Assembly (NCBI GenBank): GCA_963790025.1
Contig: CAWBMP010000004.1
Location: 1,472,001 to 1,536,000 of the forward strand
Length of the DNA stretch: 64,000 nucleotides
Reading direction: 5' to 3'
From: Nitrospirota bacterium
GTDB lineage: Bacteria > Nitrospirota > Thermodesulfovibrionia > Thermodesulfovibrionales > Dissulfurispiraceae
The notes beneath the pieces are model-generated. The model was not told the DNA's origin. It did no database searches and worked only from the letters and a program-made list of their open reading frames with translations. A program made the translations under genes and the position numbers. This document shows positions 10,735 to 19,412 of the stretch, piece by piece. Every line of letters begins with the position of its first letter. The stretch's first letter is position 1.

Positions 10735-12024
10735 ATGCTGTTCAATGAGCTGGACATTCCTGAGGCTGTTCTTAAAGGTATTAAAGCTGCCCGGTTCTAT
10801 GAGTGCACTCCGGTACAGGCCGCAACACTTCCCGATGCGTTAAGAGGAAAAGATATAGCCGCCCAATCCCAGACAGGCACAGGGAAGACCGCTGCCTTTC
10901 TGATTGCTATTTTTTCTCGTATGCTTAAGGAGCCGCCTGGACCTGGCACGTCGCCGCGTGCCCTCGTTATCGCCCCGACACGTGAACTTGTAGCGCAGAT
11001 ACATGCCGAAGCCCTCATCCTCGGCCAGTTCACCGGCTTCAGGATCATCCCCATATTTGGAGGGATCGACTACAATAAACAACGCGATTCCCTCAGGGCA
11101 GGGGCCGACATTGTAATCGGGACTCCGGGCCGTCTTATTGATTATCTTAAACAAAATGTCTACAGCCTTAAAAAAACCGAATTTCTCGTGATAGACGAAG
11201 CCGACCGCATGTTCGACATGGGTTTCATCAAAGACCTGCGTTTCCTGCTGCGAAGGATGTCATCCTATAACAAGCGACAATCCATGCTTTTTTCCGCTAC
11301 GCTGTCCTACCGTGTCATGGAGCTATGCTACGAACACATGAACCTCCCTGAGAGGGTCTCCATCACTCCTGAACAGGTCACAGTTAAGAAGGTCGAGCAG
11401 GAACTCTACCACGTGGGAATGTCGGAAAAGCCTGGCCTCCTTCTGGGCATATTGCGGCGCGATGGGGCCGACCGCGTCCTGATCTTTACAAATATGAAAA
11501 TTACTGCTGAGCGGCTGGAAAGACTGCTCAAGGCAAACGATATAAAAGCTGCCGTTATAACCGGTGATATACCTCAGGCGAAGCGCACTGATATCCTTTC
11601 CCGCTTCAAGGAAGGGAAGATTCCCGTGCTGGTAGCATCGGACGTGGCGAGCCGAGGGCTCCATATAGAGGGGGTCACGCATGTAATCAACTATGACTTG
11701 CCCCAGGACAGTGAAGACTACGTACACCGGATCGGCAGGACCGCCAGGGCAGGAGCTGAGGGCAAGGCAATAAGCTTCGCATGTGAGGAATATGTCTATG
11801 CCCTTGAGGACATAGAAAAATATATCAAAGAGAAGATACCTGTAGTTCCGATTGAAGACCACCTTATTGTAAAAAACTACAAGCGGCCCGCAGCGGTCTC
11901 CGGCGGGAAAAAATATTTCGCGTCCTCTTCAAAACGACCCCGCAAACAATCCTTAGGGGAAGGCCCGCGGCCAGGCAAAAGGGAACATGCCGTCAGGAAT
12001 CAACGCTCTAAAAAAGGCGTCTAG
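10735..12024 (+). CDS. DEAD-box RNA helicase (RhlB-like)
   Basis: Q motif, SQTGTGKT, PTREL, DEAD, SAT, HRIGRTAR. Confidence 0.95.
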   Translation: MLFNELDIPEAVLKGIKAARFYECTPVQAATLPDALRGKDIAAQSQTGTGKTAAFLIAIFSRMLKEPPGPGTSPRALVIAPTRELVAQIHAEALILGQFTGFRIIPIFGGIDYNKQRDSLRAGADIVIGTPGRLIDYLKQNVYSLKKTEFLVIDEADRMFDMGFIKDLRFLLRRMSSYNKRQSMLFSATLSYRVMELCYEHMNLPERVSITPEQVTVKKVEQELYHVGMSEKPGLLLGILRRDGADRVLIFTNMKITAERLERLLKANDIKAAVITGDIPQAKRTDILSRFKEGKIPVLVASDVASRGLHIEGVTHVINYDLPQDSEDYVHRIGRTARAGAEGKAISFACEEYVYALEDIEKYIKEKIPVVPIEDHLIVKNYKRPAAVSGGKKYFASSSKRPRKQSLGEGPRPGKREHAVRNQRSKKGV

Positions 12025-12027
12025 ACG

Positions 12028-12702
12028 TTACAGCCGTGCTTTTGCGTCATTGAACAGGGGGGATTTCGGGAACCTGGTAACGAGTTCTTTATATTTGCCT
12101 TTAGCCTCGTTGGTCTTGCCCATTGATTCCAGTATCTTGCCGCTTTCAAGCAGCGCCATGTCCTGCAAAGGGGCATCCTTGATCTTTGAAAGATTGCCAA
12201 AGGTTTTCAAGGCGTTATCCATATCCCCCTTTCTTACGTAACCCATCGCCATCTTATAATAGGCCAGAGAGATAATTTTTTCATTTGAGTACTGGCTTGT
12301 AAGCTCGCTTAGCGCCTTGAATCCCTCGTCGAAATTGCCAAGTTCATAGCAGCAGCTCGCTATATACAGAAGGACAGATGGGTTCTTTTTTGCCGCGTAG
12401 GAAGCCTTGAATTTTTCCAGCGCATTTTTAAAACGGTCCTGCGGGGAAGCATATGCCGCAGTGCTTGACCCGCTCAATATTTTATATCCCTCATATTCCA
12501 TCTCCTCTGCTTTGGCGGACTGTGCACGATTGTAAATAAAAAATGAACCGACTGATATTATTATCAGGCCACATATGATAAAGCCAAAAACGAGAGTGCG
12601 CTGCCGTTCTTTAAGCTTCTTGCGTATATCGGTAACGCTTTCGGCGATGGTGCTTTCATTTTCAGTTTTTTTGCTCACTCTCTTCTTAATGGGTTTGGGC
12701 AT
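12028..12702 (-). CDS. Membrane-anchored TPR protein (YfgM-like)
   Basis: Basic N-terminus, single TM helix, TPR-like helical repeats. Confidence 0.75.
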   Translation of the reverse strand: MPKPIKKRVSKKTENESTIAESVTDIRKKLKERQRTLVFGFIICGLIIISVGSFFIYNRAQSAKAEEMEYEGYKILSGSSTAAYASPQDRFKNALEKFKASYAAKKNPSVLLYIASCCYELGNFDEGFKALSELTSQYSNEKIISLAYYKMAMGYVRKGDMDNALKTFGNLSKIKDAPLQDMALLESGKILESMGKTNEAKGKYKELVTRFPKSPLFNDAKARL

Positions 12703-13365
12703 CTATTTCCCTCCTGGTTTTAGCGCCTTTTCAACAAGTGTGCGTGCATGGTGAAAAATATTCTCAACTGCCTGAGCATCTATCCCGGCAGCAAGAAGAA
12801 CACGTTCTGCAAAATCCTTTGTGATGAGGTCTGACGGAGAATGGGCATCGGTATTTACAGTTAACGGAATCCCCAGTTCCATCGCCCGCCGCGCCACATG
12901 TCCGTTTGAGAGACTGTGTCCTTTTCTGGCTGTTATCTCCAGGGTTATTCCCTTATTTCGGGCAAGCAACAGGTCCTCGTGAGATATTAGGCCCGGATGG
13001 GCGAGAATATCAGCTCCTCCCTCAATAGCCGCCCTGTTTGTGCCTTCAGCCACCGGCTCCACTATTGTCTCTCCGTGGACAACTATTATTTTTGCTCCGA
13101 GTCTTCGGGCTTCTTTTATCATGTCCGGTATAAGAGGCGGCGGCACATGAGTAATTTCAGCTCCTGCAAGCACCGGAATAGGGAGATAGGAACGCAGGCT
13201 TTCGATTAGCTTTACGATCCGCGGAATGATCAGGTCAACATTCGACTGGTCCATGTGGTCGGTAATAGCAATGGCGCTGTACCCCTTTGCAGCGGCCCGG
13301 CGGATAAGTTCAGCCGGAATAAGTTCTCCGTCGCTGAACAAACTATGGGTATGCAAATCTATCAT
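12703..13365 (-). CDS. PHP-domain protein (histidinol phosphate phosphatase-like)
   Basis: DLHTHS, ITDH, GAEITH, VVHGE, LAHPG, TDAHS motifs. Start MIDLHTH at 13365. Confidence 0.88.
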   Translation of the reverse strand: MIDLHTHSLFSDGELIPAELIRRAAAKGYSAIAITDHMDQSNVDLIIPRIVKLIESLRSYLPIPVLAGAEITHVPPPLIPDMIKEARRLGAKIIVVHGETIVEPVAEGTNRAAIEGGADILAHPGLISHEDLLLARNKGITLEITARKGHSLSNGHVARRAMELGIPLTVNTDAHSPSDLITKDFAERVLLAAGIDAQAVENIFHHARTLVEKALKPGGK

Positions 13366-13487
13366 TGTACAGTGTAAAACATTCAGGGGAAATGAGGCAA
13401 ATGTAAAAAATTGCATATTGGTGTACTTTGTAATAAAATGATTATTACCGATGCGGGGACTGAAATAATATCACGGAGGTTTGAAAA

Positions 13488-13832
13488 ATGCCCATTATTG
13501 AGTACGCAGGATTAAAAATTACTATCGATGATGAGGGTTATCTTCTCAACAGCAAGGACTGGAATGATACAGTCGCGCACGCCTTGGCTGCTCACGAGGG
13601 TGTTGATGAACTGACAAAAGACAGGCTGGACATTATACGGTTTATGCGCGAGTATTATGAGAAATATAACTTTTTCCCAATTACACGCGCCGTTTGCAAG
13701 AACGTTCATCTCTCGAAGGATTGTTTCAGCGAGAAATTTCTCGATCCACTCAAGGCATGGAAAATAGCTGGACTTCCTAAACCCGATGAGCATGTAATAG
13801 CCGATTTGCGGGGAGAGGGCGGGGTAGTCTAG
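13488..13832 (+). CDS. TusE/DsrC/DsvC-family protein lacking the C-terminal cysteines
   Basis: DDEGYL..W, IIRFMREYY, KIAGLPKP. RBS GGAGG. Confidence 0.85.
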   Translation: MPIIEYAGLKITIDDEGYLLNSKDWNDTVAHALAAHEGVDELTKDRLDIIRFMREYYEKYNFFPITRAVCKNVHLSKDCFSEKFLDPLKAWKIAGLPKPDEHVIADLRGEGGVV

Positions 13833-13897
13833 GCGCATTGTTCAGAGCGTCAAAACCACGACACTCGCAGTGCCCGTTGTTCTGCAGGCATTATGAC

Positions 13898-13927
13898 TTG
13901 AAAACATTGCGTTCCAATTGGTATATT
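13898..13927 (+). promoter_or_regulatory. Putative sigma70 promoter of tRNA-Leu
   Basis: TTGAAA-18 bp-TATATT ending 10 nt before the tRNA. Confidence 0.5.
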
Positions 13928-13937
13928 TAATATTGTC

Positions 13938-14019
13938 GCCGAAGTGGTGGAACTGGTAGACACGCACGTTTGAGGGGCGTGTGGGGCAACCTATGCGGGT
14001 TCGAGTCCCGCCTTCGGCA
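13938..14019 (+). tRNA. tRNA-Leu(GAG), CCA not encoded
   Basis: Acceptor GCCGAAG/CTTCGGC, anticodon arm CACGT-TTGAGGG-GCGTG, long variable arm, T-loop GGTTCGAGTCC. Confidence 0.97.
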
Positions 14020-14050
14020 TTTTTCTTTTCTTGCATATTCATATGCGTAC

Positions 14051-14110
14051 ACAATTAAGTTCTTACTTAAACAATAAAGTCTTTACTTAACCAATTAAGT
14101 TCTTACATTT
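14051..14110 (+). repeat. Three tandem 20-bp TnsB-type binding sites
   Basis: acaattaagttcttacttaa / acaataaagtctttacttaa / ccaattaagttcttacattt. Confidence 0.85.
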
Positions 14111-14232
14111 CGCATCGTAAATTTCACCTCGGATTGTTTGCAAGTTCCGGAGCAAACCTGCTACTCGGTGATGTATTAACCTGAAACCGAGAGGAGAGCC
14201 CTTTCTGGTAAGGATGCGTCCACCCTGCTATA

Positions 14233-14349
14233 CGCGCGGCTGACATCCTGTCAAAGACGTTGAATGCCGATCGTAACATCTATTTGTGGCGATTTTGGGG
14301 TGAAGGGAAATGTAAACAATATAGACCTGACCCTCAGTTCTCTCTCACG
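14233..14349 (+). repeat. 117-bp inverted repeat, left copy
   Basis: Reverse complement of 19116-19232 with one mismatch. Confidence 0.95.
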
Positions 14350-14362
14350 CAGGAGCAACAGC

Positions 14363-15085
14363 CTATGGTTTCGGAGTAAAAGAGTATAGCGTATATGCAC
14401 ACGGTATCACGCCAGTATCCAGTCGAAGATCAATTTCCGGCAGTTTGTCAATATCAGAAAGTTGGCCGTTTGGTTCTGCATAGATCTCCGAAGCAAAAAC
14501 ATCCTGCCTCCGGAATGCCGAAAATCGCAGGTAAAGGAGATTCTCCAACTCATTATTTCTCGTATCAAATACCCTTAACCCTTTGGCTTTAACATGTTCA
14601 TTCGTTGCAAAGACTGTCTCAAAATGTTTGTTAATATCCAAAACAAACAAGGCGCCATTAAATTTTATAACTCTCCATAGCTCATCGGAAATCTTTAGCA
14701 GGTCAGCATCGCTGGAAAAGCAGTCAAAAACATTGGAACAAAGAACAATATCAAACATACTATTTTCAAAAGGTATTTCCAGAATTGATGCTACTTGAAA
14801 GTTCATGCTTTGGGGAGACATTCTTTTGCAGATGTCAATTGCTTTCTCGCTTATATCAAAACCATAACAATTCTCGGGCCTTGTGCGGAGTTCGGAAAAA
14901 AATCTCAGCTTTTCACCACCGGCGCACCCGGCTTCGAGTATTTTATATGTTGAAAGCTCGGTTTTACCCAGCATTATCATCATTCCTATCATGTATTTCC
15001 ATACCCGGTAGTTATTAAAAAGTCTGTAGAGATCCGCTAATCCCACCGGTAGTGAGCCATCCTGCCCGTATTCGAAAGTCGCCAT
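14363..15085 (-). CDS. Class I SAM-dependent methyltransferase
   Basis: ILEAGCAGG motif I, GFDIS, IPFENSMFDIV. Confidence 0.85.
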   Translation of the reverse strand: MATFEYGQDGSLPVGLADLYRLFNNYRVWKYMIGMMIMLGKTELSTYKILEAGCAGGEKLRFFSELRTRPENCYGFDISEKAIDICKRMSPQSMNFQVASILEIPFENSMFDIVLCSNVFDCFSSDADLLKISDELWRVIKFNGALFVLDINKHFETVFATNEHVKAKGLRVFDTRNNELENLLYLRFSAFRRQDVFASEIYAEPNGQLSDIDKLPEIDLRLDTGVIPCAYTLYSFTPKP

Positions 15086-15283
15086 TTTAAAATACCTCTC
15101 TTGTAGATTTTAGATTGACCATGCAGTCCTTTTTTTATCTTTCCTGCTACTTAAAATAAGTTACTTTCAACAAAGCTGTATGCTTATGGTTACAGCATGT
15201 ATTATACCAGACAATTTGTGGCAGCTTTCAGAAGGGAGGGCAGTGGGCTACTTTGAATTAAGAAGCTATGATATACTGTGGGT

Positions 15284-16252
15284 ATGACAACATTGGCAGC
15301 CTTATTAACAAAGGATGCGCTGATAATGGGCTGTGATAGCTTAGGGTCTGTAACTAGGCCATTCGTTGATCCTCTTGACTTGATGGATTACTTTGAAAGA
15401 ACCGCCCATGGCTTTGAGCAGAAAGTAGATAGCAATAATAAACCTATAATGAGTATTGACGATATCTTTAACAAAACTCGCGATATCCCTTATAATCATA
15501 TGACTTATGTCGATAAGCTGTTTTCGTTAGAGCCTTTACCTATGGGTATTATGATTACTGGTATCGCATCTATTGGAGACTATACAATTAAAAATTTGAT
15601 AAATCAGTTTATGGGTAAGGAGCCCATCTTTAAAAATAAAGGCAAATCAAAGAATTATACAGTTAGTTCGATAGCGAATAAGATATTGAAATTTATGAAA
15701 ACACATTACGATGCTGAGTACGGAAGTGGCCAAACCAAACAATCACTGGAAATGATGATAGGTGGTTATGATCTACAAAAACATATTCCAACTGTACTTA
15801 GAATACATGTGCATGAAAATAAAGTAGAAAAAACCTTAAAAGATTTTGGTATAGTATTTGGCGGACAAATGACTGAGATTCAGAGAATCGTGTTTGGCAC
15901 AGATGATTTCAACAGATTGAAGCTAATGGTAAGAAGTGATAAAATTTTGAACACATATTATGATGAAGTTACAACTTTTTTGAGGAACAACAACATTAGC
16001 ATTGATATTCCAAAACCGGACACAAAAAACAAACATAATTTTTTCCAAGGATGGGATATCAATGGATTTGACGCTTTTTGGGGTGATTTTTCAGAAAAAA
16101 ATGCCATTGAATGCGTTAAATTCTTTATAGATGTCATGGTTAAGACACAATTATTTAGTGATACAATGCCTACAGTCGGTGGGGATATTCATTTGGCAAA
16201 AATTACTAAAGCTGAAGGATTCAAGTTTTGTTATCAAGAAAAGGAGGGATAG
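15284..16252 (+). CDS. Proteasome-type Ntn-hydrolase-like protein
   Basis: Starts M-T-T (N-terminal Thr), MGCDS, downstream K (VDKLF), ITGIA, C-terminal PTVGGDIHLAKIT. Confidence 0.7.
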   Translation: MTTLAALLTKDALIMGCDSLGSVTRPFVDPLDLMDYFERTAHGFEQKVDSNNKPIMSIDDIFNKTRDIPYNHMTYVDKLFSLEPLPMGIMITGIASIGDYTIKNLINQFMGKEPIFKNKGKSKNYTVSSIANKILKFMKTHYDAEYGSGQTKQSLEMMIGGYDLQKHIPTVLRIHVHENKVEKTLKDFGIVFGGQMTEIQRIVFGTDDFNRLKLMVRSDKILNTYYDEVTTFLRNNNISIDIPKPDTKNKHNFFQGWDINGFDAFWGDFSEKNAIECVKFFIDVMVKTQLFSDTMPTVGGDIHLAKITKAEGFKFCYQEKEG

Positions 16253-16254
16253 AC

Positions 16255-16434
16255 ATGCAAAAAAGCTTGAAATACATAACTGCCGAAGAAATGAATATGT
16301 ACATTAAATATGCAGAGTATTTTAATGTTAAGGGTTTTTGTGCATCGACTTTAAATCGGTCAAATATACAGATTGATAAATTATTACAGCCGATGAATAA
16401 AGCTATTAGTAAGAAAAAAGTTACAAAGAAATAA
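16255..16434 (+). CDS. Small basic hypothetical protein (59 aa)
   Basis: AGGAGG RBS; starts 2 nt after the Ntn-hydrolase stop. Confidence 0.5.
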   Translation: MQKSLKYITAEEMNMYIKYAEYFNVKGFCASTLNRSNIQIDKLLQPMNKAISKKKVTKK

Positions 16435-16448
16435 GAGTCAATAAAGGA

Positions 16449-17273
16449 TTATAGTAAATTTATAATTTCTTCAATCTCCCAAACATGATCTGATATTCCT
16501 GCCTCCATGGCTGGGGTAACTCTCAATGTTTGGTGAATCCGGCAAAAGTTGTAATGCATGAAATGCAGAGCCACAGCACATTCAAGGTTCTCGACCTTCT
16601 TTGAAAAAGCGTTTGTCAATCTGGTAAACCTTCTCATGCTCATGCGCATTGTGAGGTTCTGCCGTTCCACATAGCTTGTAGAAATGTGTTTCTTATCGGG
16701 ATTGCCTTTTATATTTGCTGTTCGTGTTCCAGTGCAAATGGCGGGGCTGTACTTCTTTTGATTGTCAGGACTGTCATTGCCATATAGTTTAACGAGCATG
16801 GCATAATCAATATCACTGCCGAATGCATTTTCAACGGCATCGACATATACCCTGTAACCATCTGTAGTTAATTGGACACGGTGTTTTAATCTGCTTGCAA
16901 GGTCATTTATAAATGCCTTTGCCGCCTGTACGCTACGATCTCCGACATACCAGTTAGCTATAAGCGTTGAATCAGCGCATAAGGCTGTCCACGTCCACAC
17001 GTCACCGTAACCAAACTGCCCTTCAAATTCGGGTGGCACATTCTTATCCTTTGCATAACAGAAAGACCATATTTCGTCACACTGGATACGCTTGCAGGTA
17101 ATTTGACGGACGAACCTATTGTGATACTCCTTACAGACTTTGCCGAGATCAACAAGAAGCTTCAATACCGTCTTCTTTGCAGCGCCAGTCATTCTACAAG
17201 TGGCACGGATAGAATTGCCTTCAACTAAGCAGCTTACTAGTTGCGCTCTTTTCCTTGTATCTAACTGGCTCAT
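16449..17273 (-). CDS. IS1-family DDE transposase
   Basis: N-terminal HTH (EGNSIRATCRMTG), QCDEIW, TTDG, YVERQNLTMR, RRFTRLTNAFSKK. Confidence 0.92.
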   Translation of the reverse strand: MSQLDTRKRAQLVSCLVEGNSIRATCRMTGAAKKTVLKLLVDLGKVCKEYHNRFVRQITCKRIQCDEIWSFCYAKDKNVPPEFEGQFGYGDVWTWTALCADSTLIANWYVGDRSVQAAKAFINDLASRLKHRVQLTTDGYRVYVDAVENAFGSDIDYAMLVKLYGNDSPDNQKKYSPAICTGTRTANIKGNPDKKHISTSYVERQNLTMRMSMRRFTRLTNAFSKKVENLECAVALHFMHYNFCRIHQTLRVTPAMEAGISDHVWEIEEIINLL

Positions 17274-17279
17274 GATTTT

Positions 17280-17308
17280 ATTATACTTGACCGCTCAAGC
17301 ATTGTCAA
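17280..17308 (-). promoter_or_regulatory. Consensus sigma70 leaderless promoter of the transposase, with operator palindrome
   Basis: TTGACA-17-TATAAT, 6 nt before ATG. Spacer holds CTTGA-gcgg-TCAAG. Confidence 0.8.
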
Positions 17309-17422
17309 GTAAAAAATGTCGACATGAGACACCTTCGTAAGCATTACTTGACAAACTGCATGGTCAACTTGATAAGATAGCTAGTAAACTTGACGATATA
17401 ATGTCGTTATGGAGGCCATCGT

Positions 17423-18655
17423 ATGACAGATCAAGATTGGGATCAATTAGCTATTGATGCCGGGAAAGTTTTTACCCCTGCGGCACCTATAGATGAAGAG
17501 CGTTTATTCGCAGGTCGACTTGAACAACTACGACAGGTTATTGATGCAATAAATCAGAAAGGACAACATGCAATTGTTTTCGGGGAAAGAGGCGTTGGAA
17601 AAACTTCTCTAGCGAATATTATCGCTACAAAAATAAGTGGTGCCTTAATCATAGCTCCTCGTATTAATTGCGACAGCACTGATACTTATTCAAGTCTTTG
17701 GAAAAAGATATTTGACCGTATTAATTTGACAAAGGAAGTTCACAAAATCGGGTTTACTAATGGTAGCAACATTGAACCCATAAATATTTGTGAACAATTT
17801 GCTGAGAGTGATATTTCTACTGATAACGTTCGTTCATTACTTACTTATCTATCTGAACATTTTTTGATTATCCTTATCATTGATGAATTTGATCGTATTG
17901 CTAAGCCCGAAGTAAGAGCAGCAGTTGCTGATACTATCAAAACATTATCAGATCATTCCATTGCGGCTACGATTGTCCTTGTTGGTGTCGCTGACAGCGT
18001 GAACGATCTAGTAAGTGAACATCAATCAATTGAACGAGCTTTAGTTCAGATTAGAATGCCCCGCATGTCCAATGATGAGCTTTATAAAATAGTAGACAAT
18101 GGATTGAACATATTAAAAATGTCAATTGATGATGACGCAAAAAGAGAAATAGTTTTATTGTCCAGAGGATTGCCACATTATACTCACCTTCTATCTTTAT
18201 ATTCAGCAAGAGAGGCTCTTGATGGAAGGTCATTGAATATCAATATTGGACATGTGGAATCTGCTATTTCCGAAGCACTGCAAAAAGCCCAACAAACGAC
18301 TCAGACTGCATATCATAAGGCAACAATGAGTGCAAGAAGAGACAATTTATTTTCCCAGGTTTTGCTTGCATGTGGCCTTGCAAAGACTGATGATTTAGGT
18401 TATTTCTCTGCTGGCGATATTAGAATCCCTTTATGTGAAATCATGGGAAAGTCATATGATATTGCTAGTTATTCTAGACATTTATATGAATTTTGTGAAC
18501 CAGCGCGCGGTCCAATATTACAAAGAACTGGAGTCAAACATCGATACAAATTCCGTTTTATTAATCCTTTGATGCAACCGTTTATTATTATGCAAGGTCG
18601 GGTAACAAATCTTATTGATAGACAGAAGTTAGAATCTATAAAAAATAAGTACTAA
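17423..18655 (+). CDS. AAA+ ATPase (Cdc6/Orc1- or STAND-like) with C-terminal helical/wHTH region
   Basis: FAGR, Walker A GERGVGKT, Walker B IIDEFD, SRGLPHY. RBS GGAGG. Confidence 0.85.
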   Translation: MTDQDWDQLAIDAGKVFTPAAPIDEERLFAGRLEQLRQVIDAINQKGQHAIVFGERGVGKTSLANIIATKISGALIIAPRINCDSTDTYSSLWKKIFDRINLTKEVHKIGFTNGSNIEPINICEQFAESDISTDNVRSLLTYLSEHFLIILIIDEFDRIAKPEVRAAVADTIKTLSDHSIAATIVLVGVADSVNDLVSEHQSIERALVQIRMPRMSNDELYKIVDNGLNILKMSIDDDAKREIVLLSRGLPHYTHLLSLYSAREALDGRSLNINIGHVESAISEALQKAQQTTQTAYHKATMSARRDNLFSQVLLACGLAKTDDLGYFSAGDIRIPLCEIMGKSYDIASYSRHLYEFCEPARGPILQRTGVKHRYKFRFINPLMQPFIIMQGRVTNLIDRQKLESIKNKY

Positions 18656-18900
18656 GATTTAGGGATTTTAGCCCATCTTGTATGAGCAGCTTTAATAGCA
18701 ATATGCTTTCTCGATTCCGCAGATAGCTTCTCAGCGCGCGCTTTGCCGCCTTTCAACCCTCCAAGTCTGCCAAGGGCAACTGCGGCAGGATTCTTTTCTT
18801 TGGCAGGCTGTTCCGGTCGGGAACGGTCAGAAGTTACAGCTTCAACTATTGATGCGGCGATCTGGTTTACATCTTCGGTTTTCTTTCTCTTTCTTTCCAT
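18652..18900 (-). CDS. Small basic IS1-associated protein (KNPAAVALGRLGGLKGGKARA family)
   Basis: Characteristic GRLGGLKGGKARAEKLS...AAHTRW motif; lies inside the TIRs. Confidence 0.8.
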   Translation of the reverse strand: MERKRKKTEDVNQIAASIVEAVTSDRSRPEQPAKEKNPAAVALGRLGGLKGGKARAEKLSAESRKHIAIKAAHTRWAKIPKS

Positions 18901-18905
18901 GCTTT

Positions 18906-18934
18906 AGTGTAGCATGACCGTTCAAGCATATCAA
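18906..18934 (-). promoter_or_regulatory. Leaderless promoter of the small basic gene, with the same operator
   Basis: TTGATA-17-TACACT, 5 nt before ATG. Spacer tgcttgaacggtcatgc matches the transposase promoter spacer. Confidence 0.7.
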
Positions 18935-19115
18935 GATACCGGAAATTCAAAGTAGCCAACTACCGAAGGGAGTTACATTACGGAAACACTTTTTAACAAA
19001 TTTCTGTGTAAATCATACTCATTTTCCTTTTTCAAGCCCTCTGGATTCGGAGATGCAACTAATAAACCACTTCCGAGGATTACGGGCTTTAGGAGGTGAT
19101 GTCTGTTTCAGCGAA

Positions 19116-19232
19116 CGTGAGAGAGAACTGAGGGTCAGGTCTATATTGTTTGCATTTCCCTTCACCCCAAAATCGCCACAAATAGATGTTACGATCGGCA
19201 TTCAACGTCTTTGACAGGATGTCAGCCGCGCG
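19116..19232 (-). repeat. 117-bp inverted repeat, right copy
   Basis: Reverse complement of 14233-14349. Confidence 0.95.
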
Positions 19233-19270
19233 GGTTATCAGGGTGTACTCGGGGGAAATTCGGCCCTAAA

Positions 19271-19412
19271 AAGTATGAACTTTATTGTTTGCTGTTTTAA
19301 GAGCTTTATTGTTTTCCTCTGAAAAAAAGTAAGAACTTTGATGTCTTGGGCTTTTTTGTCGTATTATATGAATCAACAGGTTAGGTTGTCATTTTGTAGA
19401 GACTTTATTGTC
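19271..19412 (-). repeat. Four spaced TnsB-type sites (distal Tn7-like end)
   Basis: rc sites aacaataaagttcatactt (19271-89), aacaataaagctcttaaaa (19295-313), gacatcaaagttcttactt (19327-45), gacaataaagtctctacaa (19394-412). Confidence 0.8.

Larger units (their letters stand above)
15239..18964. mobile_element. IS1-family transporter element with passenger genes
   Basis: TIRs GGCAGTGGGCTACTTTGAATT (15239-15259) and rc GGTAGTTGGCTACTTTGAATT (18944-18964), 19/21 identical. Exact 8-bp TSD GAAGGGAG at 15231-15238 and 18965-18972. Confidence 0.92.

Noticed and set aside
14051..14110. 20-bp tandem repeats as a CRISPR array or iterons
   Set aside because: No spacers and no cas or rep gene; inverted partner sites 5.3 kb away fit transposon ends better.
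19019..19201. 60-aa ORF
   Set aside because: Largely overlaps the 117-bp repeat, with no RBS or homology.
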